A DNA stretch of 61,584 bases from Chlamydiota bacterium (GTDB lineage: Bacteria; Chlamydiota; Chlamydiia; Chlamydiales; SM23-39). The notes under the pieces were generated by a model. The model searched no databases, was not told the origin of the DNA, and saw only the letters and a list, made by a program, of their open reading frames with translations. The stretch covers positions 1 to 61,584 of the forward strand of contig JANPFC010000055.1 of NCBI GenBank assembly GCA_031423235.1, given 5' to 3'. Every line of letters begins with the position of its first letter. The stretch's first letter is position 1. Position numbers and translations under genes: made by a program. This document shows, in pieces, positions 29,131 through 38,647 of the stretch.

Positions 29131-32100
29131 AGGTTCTTTGCTGTTTCGTAGAGATTGATTTTACCTGATTGAAAGTCTTCGAGAAGTTGGCTGAGCGACT
29201 TTTTGTCCTCTTTTTTCTTTTGACGCTCTTCAATCGAGCGGCAAAGATCTTCTAAGATCGGGTAGGAATAGAGATCGGAAATCTCTAAAGCTACTTGAAG
29301 CTGTACTTTTGATAGATGGAGCAGTTTGACCGCGGAGATCGACTCTCCTCCGATTTCAAAGAAATTCGCTTTTCGATCGATTTCTTCGAAGCCGAGAACA
29401 TCTTTCCAGATCTTTTGCATGATGACGATCATTTCTTCAAAGGTGAAGTCGTTCCGAACCTCTTTTTGATCTGCTGGAATTTCTAATTTGGCTTTCTCAA
29501 ATTCGCGGATCAAAGAGGGGGCGAAGCGGATTTTCATGAAGGGGAGAACGAGATTCATCACCTGGGCATTGAAGTCGGCGATGAGCGCAAATCCCATCTT
29601 CTTTGTGATGCACAAATCGAGAGTTTGTAAAAACTCCTCTTTTGTGAGGGGAGGAATCATGCTCATCCTGTCCGATAATAGGCTGCCATCATCCGCTTCG
29701 ATGAGGGTATAATTCATCGTTACAGTTGTGAGTCCCTGATCCATTCTCCAATCGCCAAAACTATCGAGGAACAAGTTCGAGGCGCAGCAATCGGCTCCAG
29801 TCGGCCCTCCTGTTAAAGACGAAATCGATGAGAAGGTAGCCATGAAATCAAGGGGCCATTTTCTTGTCAGTGTATCGAGGAGCCAGGTCCCTTTTACCTT
29901 CGCCAGAATATTTGAGCTGAGCCTCTCAAAGGCAACTGTATCCAACCGCTCATGGCTGATGTTTTTCATAGCGATAAACAGGCCGTGGATTGCGCCCCAT
30001 TTTTTCTCAACCGCTTCAATTAGCAACTGGCACGACTCAAGGCTTGTTACATCTCCTGAAAGATAGAGAACTTCAGAGCCGAGTTTTTCGATCTCCTCGA
30101 TTTGATTTTTTTGCTTTAGGGAGAGCGATTTTAGGTCTTTACGGCCGAAAAGTGCGATTTTGACCTTTTTTTTCTCCGCCAAGAGACGGGCTGTAGAAAG
30201 ACCGAGGTAGCCGCCGCCGCCCGCGATCACGTAAACGCCCTGATCGCGCACGACCATTTCTCGATTGGGCAATGAGAGGACCTCTTTCCTTTCTAAGACC
30301 TGAACGTACCGTTTTCCTTGGCGATAGCCGATGACCGCATCTTTGAACTCTTCCACTTTGAAGATTTCTGTAAAAATCGACGAGAAGATTTCCGGTTTTA
30401 ATTCGATATCGAGCGCAAGGCTTTGTACAAGGGGCATCTCTTGAGACGCCACCTTGTTGATCCCGAGCGACGGCATGCGGGTCGGGTCGATGGCCGCTTT
30501 TTCAGGCCCAATTTTATGGGCATATGTCGTACCGGTTACAAGTTTCCATTTCGCGTGAGGAACGCCCCTTTTGAGAGCGTTGATTAAATGGAAGAGGCTG
30601 AACGCGCCATGAACTTGAGACTTTTTGACCTCTTCCCAACTCATCGGCTTTCCAGAAGGGAGGGTGCAATCCCAAAGGTGGACGACTCCGCCAAATGAGC
30701 CAGATCTGTTTTCCATTGCCCATGCGGCTAGCCGATTATAATCTTCAGCTGAATCGGCGGCGATTATGCATTTATTCCCATCCAAAGGTTGGAAATCGAC
30801 TCCAGGATAGACCCGCAATACAGAAACCCCTTGCGATTCGGCAAAATCGGCAAAGGCTGTATGGGCATCATCTTGGCGAAGGAAGAAAATAAAGAACTGA
30901 TTGTCTATTCCACGGGTGGTTGGAAGGAGAGCCTCCTCTTCCCATTTTACCTCATAAAAGAAGGAACGGAGCCGTTCGTCTGTCGATTCCCGCTTTTCAA
31001 CCTCCAGTTTGGGCCAATGTCTTTTTCGGAGGAATGGATAGGTAGAAAGGGGGACTTTTCTTCCTGAGCCTTTAGGAAAATAGGTATTCCAGTTGATCTG
31101 CCTGTTTTGAAGATAGAGCTGAATCAGTTCTGGGGCCTCTCTTAGAGAGGTATTTTTTGTATAGATTCCGGGAACTTCTTTACCCTCGATGTGGGAGGTG
31201 ATTTTATTGGATAATTCGGAGATTGAATCGGCAGAAATGGCTATCCTAGTTTCATAGTGATTCCGCCCCTTGGCAAGAGTAAATGAGAGGTCGCTTGCTG
31301 TAAGATTTGGGTGGGTCTTTATCCAATCGAGATGCTTGGTTAGGTGGGGGATCATCGATTCGGGCTGTTTAACTGAAAAAAGGAACACCTTAACTGGGAC
31401 TGAGGGGGATGGGTTTTGAGGATAGTTTTCCACAACAAGATGGCAGTTAGTTCCGCTGATGCCAAAAGAGCTGATCCCCGCAGTCAATTTTCCCCCTTTC
31501 AACTCGTGAAGTTGAGCATTTGGGTAAACCGCTGAATTCTTAAAATCGATAAACGGATTGGGCTTATGGTAATGGATGTTGGGAGGAAGGGTCCGATGTT
31601 CCAAGGCCAAGATCGCCTTGATGAGTCCCGCTAAACCGGAGGTGGCTTCCAAGTGGCCAATATTTGTTTTAACAGCGCCAAGAGGGCAAATCTGCTTTTT
31701 CTCAGTCGATTCGTTAAAGGCTTGGGTAAGTCCTAAGATTTCAATTGGATCTCCCAACTTTGTCCCAGTCCCGTGCGTTTCGATAAAGGAGAGATTTTCA
31801 GGCTCGATCTTAGCCTGTTTCCAAGCGGCTAAAAGTACATCTCTTTGCGCTTCTGGGTTTGGCGAAGTGAGGCCGTTTGAACTTCCGTCGCTATTGACCG
31901 CGCTCCCTTTGATGAGGGCGTGGATATAGTCGCCATCCCGCTCTGCCAAGTCTCTTCTTTTGATGATGATCGCGGCAACCCCGTCTCCAATATTGGTTCC
32001 GCTGGCCTTTTCATCGAAGGATTTGCATCGTCCATCGTAGGCTTCAATCCCCAAGTTGCTGATCTCCCGAATCGCGGGGAATATCCGCACATTTACCCCG

Positions 32101-32801
32101 CCGACAATCGCTTGGTCGCAATCGCCCTGAGCGATCGACTGGCATGCCTGATGGACTGCAACGAGTGAAGAAGAACAAGCTGTATCGATAATCATGGTCG
32201 GCCCTCTCATGTCATAGAGGAACGAGAGGCGGTAGGCGAGGAGAGAAGGTTGATTTCCTAAAGCGATATTCGGGTCGTTTTTTGAAAGAATATCGATGTA
32301 GTTGTCATCGTTTACAGAATATCCGACAAACACTCCTGTATTCGTTCCCCGGAGATCGCTTTCTGTCAGCCCAGCATTTTCGAGCGCCTCAATAGCAGTT
32401 TCTAGGAAAATCCGTTGATTTGGATCCATGACCCTCGCTTCAGCTGGAGTTAACTTGAAAAAGGTATGGTCGAATAGATCGATTTGATCGAAATAGGTTC
32501 CAATGCGGCAATGGAGTCCATTGCAAAGTTCAAAGGTGCGCGCATTGGCATACTTTACATCATCCATCCGCTGCTTGGGGAAAGCTCCAACTGCATCCCG
32601 CCGATTGATCAGATTGTCCCAGTAGGCTTCAAGGGTGGGCGCTCCAGGCAAACGGCATGACATACCGATAACCGCATATTCGTGCGAGGATTTGGGGGCG
32701 GTATGCTCGAGCTCTTCCAAATAGCGGAGGGCCTCTTCGGCGGGTAGTTTTTTTGCGGCAATCTGTTGCAGGAGATAATTTTTCAGTTGTTCCATAGACA
32801 T
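29127..32801 (-). CDS. AT-less polyketide synthase module: KS-(linker/psiKR)-KR-like-ACP
   Basis: KS: DTACSSS, ETHGTGT, NIGHL. KR Rossmann motif VYVIAGGGGYLG. The KR active-site region SSISSLTGGPTGADCCASNLFLD has Cys where Tyr is expected. ACP: FFEIGGESISA. No GHSxG acyltransferase motif. Confidence 0.95.
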   Translation of the reverse strand: MSMEQLKNYLLQQIAAKKLPAEEALRYLEELEHTAPKSSHEYAVIGMSCRLPGAPTLEAYWDNLINRRDAVGAFPKQRMDDVKYANARTFELCNGLHCRIGTYFDQIDLFDHTFFKLTPAEARVMDPNQRIFLETAIEALENAGLTESDLRGTNTGVFVGYSVNDDNYIDILSKNDPNIALGNQPSLLAYRLSFLYDMRGPTMIIDTACSSSLVAVHQACQSIAQGDCDQAIVGGVNVRIFPAIREISNLGIEAYDGRCKSFDEKASGTNIGDGVAAIIIKRRDLAERDGDYIHALIKGSAVNSDGSSNGLTSPNPEAQRDVLLAAWKQAKIEPENLSFIETHGTGTKLGDPIEILGLTQAFNESTEKKQICPLGAVKTNIGHLEATSGLAGLIKAILALEHRTLPPNIHYHKPNPFIDFKNSAVYPNAQLHELKGGKLTAGISSFGISGTNCHLVVENYPQNPSPSVPVKVFLFSVKQPESMIPHLTKHLDWIKTHPNLTASDLSFTLAKGRNHYETRIAISADSISELSNKITSHIEGKEVPGIYTKNTSLREAPELIQLYLQNRQINWNTYFPKGSGRKVPLSTYPFLRKRHWPKLEVEKRESTDERLRSFFYEVKWEEEALLPTTRGIDNQFFIFFLRQDDAHTAFADFAESQGVSVLRVYPGVDFQPLDGNKCIIAADSAEDYNRLAAWAMENRSGSFGGVVHLWDCTLPSGKPMSWEEVKKSQVHGAFSLFHLINALKRGVPHAKWKLVTGTTYAHKIGPEKAAIDPTRMPSLGINKVASQEMPLVQSLALDIELKPEIFSSIFTEIFKVEEFKDAVIGYRQGKRYVQVLERKEVLSLPNREMVVRDQGVYVIAGGGGYLGLSTARLLAEKKKVKIALFGRKDLKSLSLKQKNQIEEIEKLGSEVLYLSGDVTSLESCQLLIEAVEKKWGAIHGLFIAMKNISHERLDTVAFERLSSNILAKVKGTWLLDTLTRKWPLDFMATFSSISSLTGGPTGADCCASNLFLDSFGDWRMDQGLTTVTMNYTLIEADDGSLLSDRMSMIPPLTKEEFLQTLDLCITKKMGFALIADFNAQVMNLVLPFMKIRFAPSLIREFEKAKLEIPADQKEVRNDFTFEEMIVIMQKIWKDVLGFEEIDRKANFFEIGGESISAVKLLHLSKVQLQVALEISDLYSYPILEDLCRSIEERQKKKEDKKSLSQLLEDFQSGKINLYETAKNL

Positions 32802-32804
32802 TCT

Positions 32805-35800
32805 TTAGTGATGATTTTTGAGTAGTTGATAGGCTTCGTCAGAATTGATCGATCCACTTTCGAGCATTTTCAATAGCTCAAGTTTCGATTTTTTCTTTGA
32901 GCCGGATGACTCTATTTTTTGCGCTTGGGAGGCGATTGTGTAATGGGCGAAAAGGGTGGAGATATCCTGCTTTATTGAAAAGGTCTCTTGGATCTTCTCA
33001 TGCAGCCGAATGATGAGGAGCGAATGGCCTCCCACATCGAAAAAGCTCTCTTCTTTTCCAATCGATTCAATTCCGAGCACCTCTTTCCAAATGGCCAATA
33101 GTTTTTTTTCGGTTTCGGTGAACTCCCCATCGCTGACCGCCTCTTCCGTCTGTATCCGGTGAGCGTCAAGGGAGAGCATGTCCACTTTTCCATTGTGGAG
33201 GCGGGGGATCTCTCTAAGGAAGCCGATTTGATCGGGAATCATGTAGTCGGGCAATTTCTTCTTTAGGAGGTCTTTGACGGCAGATGCGGAGGGGAGGGGG
33301 GCTTCCTTGGAAAAAACAACATAGGCAATGAGAGCCCCTTTTAAAACCACGAGAGCCGTTTCAACTCCTTTCAAACAGGACAAAGTTCTTTCAATCTCTT
33401 CGAGTTCAATCCGAAAGCCTCGGCGCTTCACTTGCCTGTCGCTTCTTCCTCGAAGGAGGACTTCGCCTGAGACGGTCCTCAAGGCTATATCGCCGGTTCG
33501 GTAGAGTCTCTCTTTTGTGGAAGGATGGTTGATAAATCGGTCATCCGTGAGCTCTTTGAGATTGAGATACCCCCTCGCCACGCCAACCCCGCCGATGTAG
33601 AGATCTCCAGGCATTCCGGGAGGAACCGGTTTTAGACAGGAATTTAAAATATGGAGCTCCACATTCGGGATGGCTCTCCCAATAGGAATATCTTCCCACT
33701 CGGCAGGCCATTTTGAGAGGTCGAAAACAGCTGAGATGGAGGTCGCTTCCGTTGCTCCATAAGTATTTAATAACTGGATCCCGGGAGCCACTTTTTCGCA
33801 CCAAGTAACGACCTTCGATCGATTCACCCGCTCTCCCCCCACAATCACCATCCGGAGCGAGGCCGGAACTGAAATATCCTTTCTTTCTAGCACATCGACG
33901 AGGTCATGCCAGTAGGAAGAGGGGAGATCCCAGAAGGATACCCGGTATTTTTCGGTCCTTTCCAACAGTGACTCGAACGACTCAACACGCCCCTCTCCTC
34001 TTAAAACAAGGCTAGCCCCGCAAAGGAGGGTTGGGTAAATCTCTTCAGACGAGGTGTCCCAGCAGATAGAGGAAAACTGGAGTGCTCTATCCTCTGGAGT
34101 CATTTCAAAGAAGTCGATGGCAGAGAGCGAGAAGTTCAAAAGGCTCCGATGTCCAACCATGACCCCCTTCGGATTTCCGGTGCTTCCAGAAGTGTAGAGA
34201 ATATAGGCCAGACCATCGGGAAAGCGGGGGAAAGTTGTGATGGAAATGGGCCGTTTTGATTCTACTGCTGGATTGAAAACGGTTCCAGTAAAACAAGAGA
34301 GAGATTCAGCCCCTTTTTCTGATGCGAGGATGAATCGGATGCCTGCATCTTTGATGATAGCTTGAACCCTCTGAGAAGGGTAAGTGGGATCGATGGGGAC
34401 ATAGGCTCCCCCTGCTTTTAAAATGGCTAAAAGGGAGGCGATTAAGAGAGGCTCGCGCTCCAAACAAAGTCCAATCGGCTCCGACGGCTTAATTCCCGCA
34501 TGAACCAATGAAGAGGCAATAGCGGAAACGGCTTGGTTTAATTCCCCGTAGCTGAGGTTCCCCCGGTCTGAAAAAATGGCCGTTTTATCTCGATTTGCCT
34601 CTGCTTGTTTTTCAAAGAGATCGATGAGAGAGTCCTCTTTCGAAAGAGAGTGGGACTCCAATGAAGCCGAGGGGGCAGCAATGGCCTGCTCGAGAAAGGA
34701 AAGGTAGGTTCGCCCGATTTCCTCAATGAAAAACCCGGGAATTTTCTCATTTTGATATTCAAAGACTAGTTCAAGCCCCTCTTCTCTTTGCTGCACTTCA
34801 AGCACAAGATCGTAAAGGGGGGCAGAACTTTTAATAGGCAAATTTTCAATCTTTAAATCGGCGAACTGCGTGCGGTTCGTCGGAGCATTTTGCATGACAA
34901 ACATCGCTTGAAAGAGAGGGGAGGCATTCATGAACCGAGGCGGGTGAAGGCGCTGCAGCAGATGTTGAAATGGGTATGCAGTCTCTTTTTCATCTGTCCA
35001 AACACAATCTTTAACCTGCGCTAAAAGATCCAAAAACGTCCCGTTTTGTTTCGATTCTGTTTTGCAAACGAGCGTATTCACAAAAAAGCCGATTATTTTT
35101 TGAAAATTGGCGCGGGGGCGATTAGCTGTTGGAAATCCAACATAGATTTGCTTTTCGCCAGAATAGAGGTGGAGAACTGCGTGAAATGCGGCCATCAAGA
35201 CAATTGACGGGGTAGCTTGGCAGCTTGCGGCGAATTCTTTCACCCTTCGAGCCAGATGACTATTCATCATCAGGGATTTAGAATAGGAATTTTCCTTAAG
35301 AGGATCTGGGCTGAAGGGGGAGATTTTCAAGATCGGATATTCTTCTGCCTTTAATCGCTTTTCCCAGTTCGTTTCGACGGTTTTGTATGCGGGGCTTTCG
35401 AATAGTTCTTGCTGCCATCTGACAAATGGATCGTATTGAGAGGGGAGGGGAATCCATGAGACTTTTGTCCCATTGACCCGGGCCTGGTACGCCTCTTCCA
35501 GTTCTTTGAATAAAATCTCTACTGACCAACCATCAAAAATGAGGTGGTGGAAATTAAACACAAGAATGGATTTCTCCTTAGCAAGTGTGATCTTAAAGAG
35601 CGGAGCAACAGATAGATCAAATAGTTGGCTGCAGATCTCATCAATACTCTCCTCGGATAGATCGAGCGGGATAGAAACTTGCTCAGAAACGATCTGGACA
35701 GTTCCGGAGGGACGAGATTCGAAGCGGGTGCGCAGGGGGGCGTGCCTTTCAATTAAATCACCGATCGCTTCCTTGAGCGCCGCTATATTCAAAGCCCCAT

Positions 35801-37772
35801 CAATACGAATTGCAAATGAGATGTTGTATGCAGGCGATGAGGGGTGAAGTTTGCAGGAGACCCAAACATTTTCCTGATTCGGCGAAAGGGGAAATTCAAG
35901 AGAGGCCGTCTCTTCTGGTTGCGGCGATAGGGGGATTTCATTCTGAATGAGCTTTTCAATCTCCCCGACGGTTGCCCCATTTAAAAGATAAGGTAAGTTG
36001 AGCTCTTTCCCATATTTTTCTTGAATCCAGCTTAAAAACTGAACGCCGGCGAGAGAGTCAATACCTAGTTTTATAATTGGATCATCGACTCCAATTTCAC
36101 TTGGATGAATGCCTAATAGCTGAGAGAGTTTTCGCTTGATACTCGGGTCCTCTTCCCCGTTGTCGATTTCCCCTTTTTGCCAGGAAAAAAGGGTCGATAA
36201 CGATTTTTCCAGAAATTGCTGGCGGACCGCAAAGTGTTGGATTTTCCCAGAGGTTGTCCGCGGAAGCGAGTTGGGGACAACAAAATGGAGCGCATAGGGG
36301 GCAATCTCAAATTCTTCAGCAAGAGCTCTTTTGATGTTCTTGAAGAGCTCTTGAATAACAACAGGGTCTTTTATATGCCTGTCGATCTCTTGAACTAGGA
36401 CAAGCTCTTCTCCCTCATTGGTATCTATCGAAAAAGCAGCGGCCGGCTGGGCATTGGCGGCGCAGGTTTCAAGATCGTGAGGGAAATAATTCTTTCCCCG
36501 CAGGATAACCATGTTTTTCACCCGCCCCAGTACAAACAACTCCCCATTTTTCAAGAAGCCAAGATCCCCAGTTCTTAAAAAGGGGCCTTTTCCATCAGAG
36601 GTAAAGGCATTAAAGGTCTTCTCCGTCTCCTCGGGTTGATTCCAATAGCCGGCAGCAACCGATTTTCCCGCGGCCCAAATTTCACCATATTGCAATTCTT
36701 GGCAAACTTGTTTGGTTTCAGGATCGGCAACGACTACGGTTTCACCAAGAGTCGGACTGCCGCAATTGACCACGTCGCTTAAAGACTGAGCGGATGTAGT
36801 GAAGAGCGTGGAGCTAGCCCCTTTGCGCCCTGTAATCAGAAGGGTGGTTTCAGCCATTCCATAGCAAGGGAAGAAAGCCTCTTCGCGAAAGCCAATGGGA
36901 GCGAATTTTCGGGCAAAAGCGCGCATTGTTTCTGTCTGCACTCTTTCCGCCCCATTGAAAGCGATAGTCCATGAGGAAAGATCTAGTTTTGAGAGCTCTT
37001 CATCTTTGATTTTAGAGGTGCACAATTGGTAGGCAAAATTCGGACCGCCGCTCGTGGTTCCTTTGTAGCGGGAAATCGCTTCCAGCCAGCGGATAGGGTT
37101 TTGCATGAAGGTTAAGGGGGCCATGAGCGTGCAGGAGACCCCTAAATAGAGAGGGTGGAGAATATTTCCAATCAGCCCCATATCGTGATAAAAGGGGAGC
37201 CAGCCTACGATTTTAGACTCTTCTGAATGTTGGAACGCCTGTTGCAAAACACTTTGATGATGGAGTAAGTGGGCGTGAGTTAAAATGACCCCTTTCGGAC
37301 GGGAAGTAGAGCCTGAAGTATATTGGAGAAATGCGATCTGATCTCCTTTTACAGGGGCCATAGAATGGACGGGCAAATTTAGAGCATCTTCTATATACAG
37401 TGTGGGAAGATCGAATCCATCTCCTATCCCTTTCATAGTTAAGATCAAAGTTGGATTCGCATTCTCCATAACTGGGGCTGTACGGGCGATCTGCCTTTTG
37501 CTTTGAGGAGGAGGAATAGGTATAGCGATAGCTCCCGCATAGAGACATCCGAGGAATGCAGTGATAAATTCAATCCCTGGCGGGAAGAAAAGAATAACCC
37601 TCTTTTCGCCTTTGGTTTGCTGTTGAATCATCCCTGCAATTTGGAGCGCCCTCTTTTGAAGGGTGGCAAAAGTGACTATTTCCTTCTCATTTCCCTCGTT
37701 ATTCAGGAAAATATAAGCTGGCGCGGAGCCTCGGGTATCAGACCAATGATCTAACCGGTTTAAGATGGACAT
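32805..37772 (-). CDS. Loading/first NRPS module: FAAL-ACP-C-A-PCP
   Basis: FAAL-type N-terminus (YTSGSTSRPKGV, GWLPFYHDMGL, YGMAETT, LRTGDLG). ACP: KLGIDSLAG. C: HHLIFDGWS. A: YTSGSTGNPKGV, NTYGATE, YRTGD, GRSDRQVKRRGFRIE, HNGKVD. PCP: FFDVGGHSLL. Confidence 0.95.
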   Translation of the reverse strand: MSILNRLDHWSDTRGSAPAYIFLNNEGNEKEIVTFATLQKRALQIAGMIQQQTKGEKRVILFFPPGIEFITAFLGCLYAGAIAIPIPPPQSKRQIARTAPVMENANPTLILTMKGIGDGFDLPTLYIEDALNLPVHSMAPVKGDQIAFLQYTSGSTSRPKGVILTHAHLLHHQSVLQQAFQHSEESKIVGWLPFYHDMGLIGNILHPLYLGVSCTLMAPLTFMQNPIRWLEAISRYKGTTSGGPNFAYQLCTSKIKDEELSKLDLSSWTIAFNGAERVQTETMRAFARKFAPIGFREEAFFPCYGMAETTLLITGRKGASSTLFTTSAQSLSDVVNCGSPTLGETVVVADPETKQVCQELQYGEIWAAGKSVAAGYWNQPEETEKTFNAFTSDGKGPFLRTGDLGFLKNGELFVLGRVKNMVILRGKNYFPHDLETCAANAQPAAAFSIDTNEGEELVLVQEIDRHIKDPVVIQELFKNIKRALAEEFEIAPYALHFVVPNSLPRTTSGKIQHFAVRQQFLEKSLSTLFSWQKGEIDNGEEDPSIKRKLSQLLGIHPSEIGVDDPIIKLGIDSLAGVQFLSWIQEKYGKELNLPYLLNGATVGEIEKLIQNEIPLSPQPEETASLEFPLSPNQENVWVSCKLHPSSPAYNISFAIRIDGALNIAALKEAIGDLIERHAPLRTRFESRPSGTVQIVSEQVSIPLDLSEESIDEICSQLFDLSVAPLFKITLAKEKSILVFNFHHLIFDGWSVEILFKELEEAYQARVNGTKVSWIPLPSQYDPFVRWQQELFESPAYKTVETNWEKRLKAEEYPILKISPFSPDPLKENSYSKSLMMNSHLARRVKEFAASCQATPSIVLMAAFHAVLHLYSGEKQIYVGFPTANRPRANFQKIIGFFVNTLVCKTESKQNGTFLDLLAQVKDCVWTDEKETAYPFQHLLQRLHPPRFMNASPLFQAMFVMQNAPTNRTQFADLKIENLPIKSSAPLYDLVLEVQQREEGLELVFEYQNEKIPGFFIEEIGRTYLSFLEQAIAAPSASLESHSLSKEDSLIDLFEKQAEANRDKTAIFSDRGNLSYGELNQAVSAIASSLVHAGIKPSEPIGLCLEREPLLIASLLAILKAGGAYVPIDPTYPSQRVQAIIKDAGIRFILASEKGAESLSCFTGTVFNPAVESKRPISITTFPRFPDGLAYILYTSGSTGNPKGVMVGHRSLLNFSLSAIDFFEMTPEDRALQFSSICWDTSSEEIYPTLLCGASLVLRGEGRVESFESLLERTEKYRVSFWDLPSSYWHDLVDVLERKDISVPASLRMVIVGGERVNRSKVVTWCEKVAPGIQLLNTYGATEATSISAVFDLSKWPAEWEDIPIGRAIPNVELHILNSCLKPVPPGMPGDLYIGGVGVARGYLNLKELTDDRFINHPSTKERLYRTGDIALRTVSGEVLLRGRSDRQVKRRGFRIELEEIERTLSCLKGVETALVVLKGALIAYVVFSKEAPLPSASAVKDLLKKKLPDYMIPDQIGFLREIPRLHNGKVDMLSLDAHRIQTEEAVSDGEFTETEKKLLAIWKEVLGIESIGKEESFFDVGGHSLLIIRLHEKIQETFSIKQDISTLFAHYTIASQAQKIESSGSKKKSKLELLKMLESGSINSDEAYQLLKNHH

Positions 37773-38641
37773 AGTTTTGCCGCAATATGCTGAAGGATTT
37801 TCTTCGGTTCGTGAACAAAAAAGTGGTCCCCTTCCATTTCATGAACTTCGATTTTTTGTTCCGACCAAAGGGCCCATTTTTGCATTTCAGGAAGCGAAAC
37901 GATTGGATCTCGATCGGCGCCAAATAAAATGATGGGAAAGGAGACCTTTGCCATTTTTCGTTCATACCCCTGCATTAGGGAAAAATCGTTCCTCAGAATA
38001 GGGAGGAAGAACTCTTTAAATTCATGAGACTCTAATAAAGTCGGAGGGATCCCGTTTAGTTTCTGAAGCGTCTCTATAAAATCGGAATCGGAGAGTTCAT
38101 TGATCGTTGATAACGCTGTGGCTGCATCAGGCGAAGGGGAACCGGAAAGGAAGAGGGCCTCTGGAGACATCCCATATATATCCTTTAAAATAAGTGCAAG
38201 CTCGAAGGCAATAATGGCCCCAAGACTATGGCCGAAAAAGGCAAATCGGCCTTTAGGAGCATTGAGAATTTCCTTTTCCAAATGAGCTAAAAGGAGCTCA
38301 AGAGTGGATGCTAGCTTCTCTTTTGCTTTCGATCCCCTTCCTGGGTATTCAATCGGATGAACCCGGATTTTCGAGGGGAGTGCTTTTTGCCAGTTTTCAT
38401 AAAGCCACTTATTTCCCCCTGCATAGGGAAAGCAAAAGAGATGTAAATCGGAGGCTATCAGCTCCTCTATCTCTCTCGTTGGAGTCTTTTTTAGCTTCAA
38501 TGCCTCCAAAACCAAACGGTCTGCCTCTTCAGGCGTAGGCTTTTCTTTTAGGCGCTGGTAGATTTCAGCGATCCGATTTGCTGCCTGAAGATCTCCCCGG
38601 TTGTAATTTTGGGTTGTGGCAAGAAGTGTTAATGGATTCAT
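37760..38641 (-). CDS. Type II thioesterase
   Basis: About 250-aa alpha/beta hydrolase core with FCFPYAGG, nucleophile elbow FFGHSLGA and C-terminal GDHFF. Overlaps the NRPS start by 13 nt. Confidence 0.85.
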   Translation of the reverse strand: MNPLTLLATTQNYNRGDLQAANRIAEIYQRLKEKPTPEEADRLVLEALKLKKTPTREIEELIASDLHLFCFPYAGGNKWLYENWQKALPSKIRVHPIEYPGRGSKAKEKLASTLELLLAHLEKEILNAPKGRFAFFGHSLGAIIAFELALILKDIYGMSPEALFLSGSPSPDAATALSTINELSDSDFIETLQKLNGIPPTLLESHEFKEFFLPILRNDFSLMQGYERKMAKVSFPIILFGADRDPIVSLPEMQKWALWSEQKIEVHEMEGDHFFVHEPKKILQHIAAKLCPS

Positions 38642-38647
38642 AAATGT

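Noticed and set aside
22071-37754. Dozens of 60-136-aa ORFs on the plus strand or in alternative frames inside the three megasynthase genes (for example 24724..25134, 27773..28114, 35473..35847).
   Set aside because: They are fully nested in long ORFs whose translations carry unambiguous NRPS/PKS motifs. They have no recognisable motifs themselves and are the expected by-product of long coding regions.
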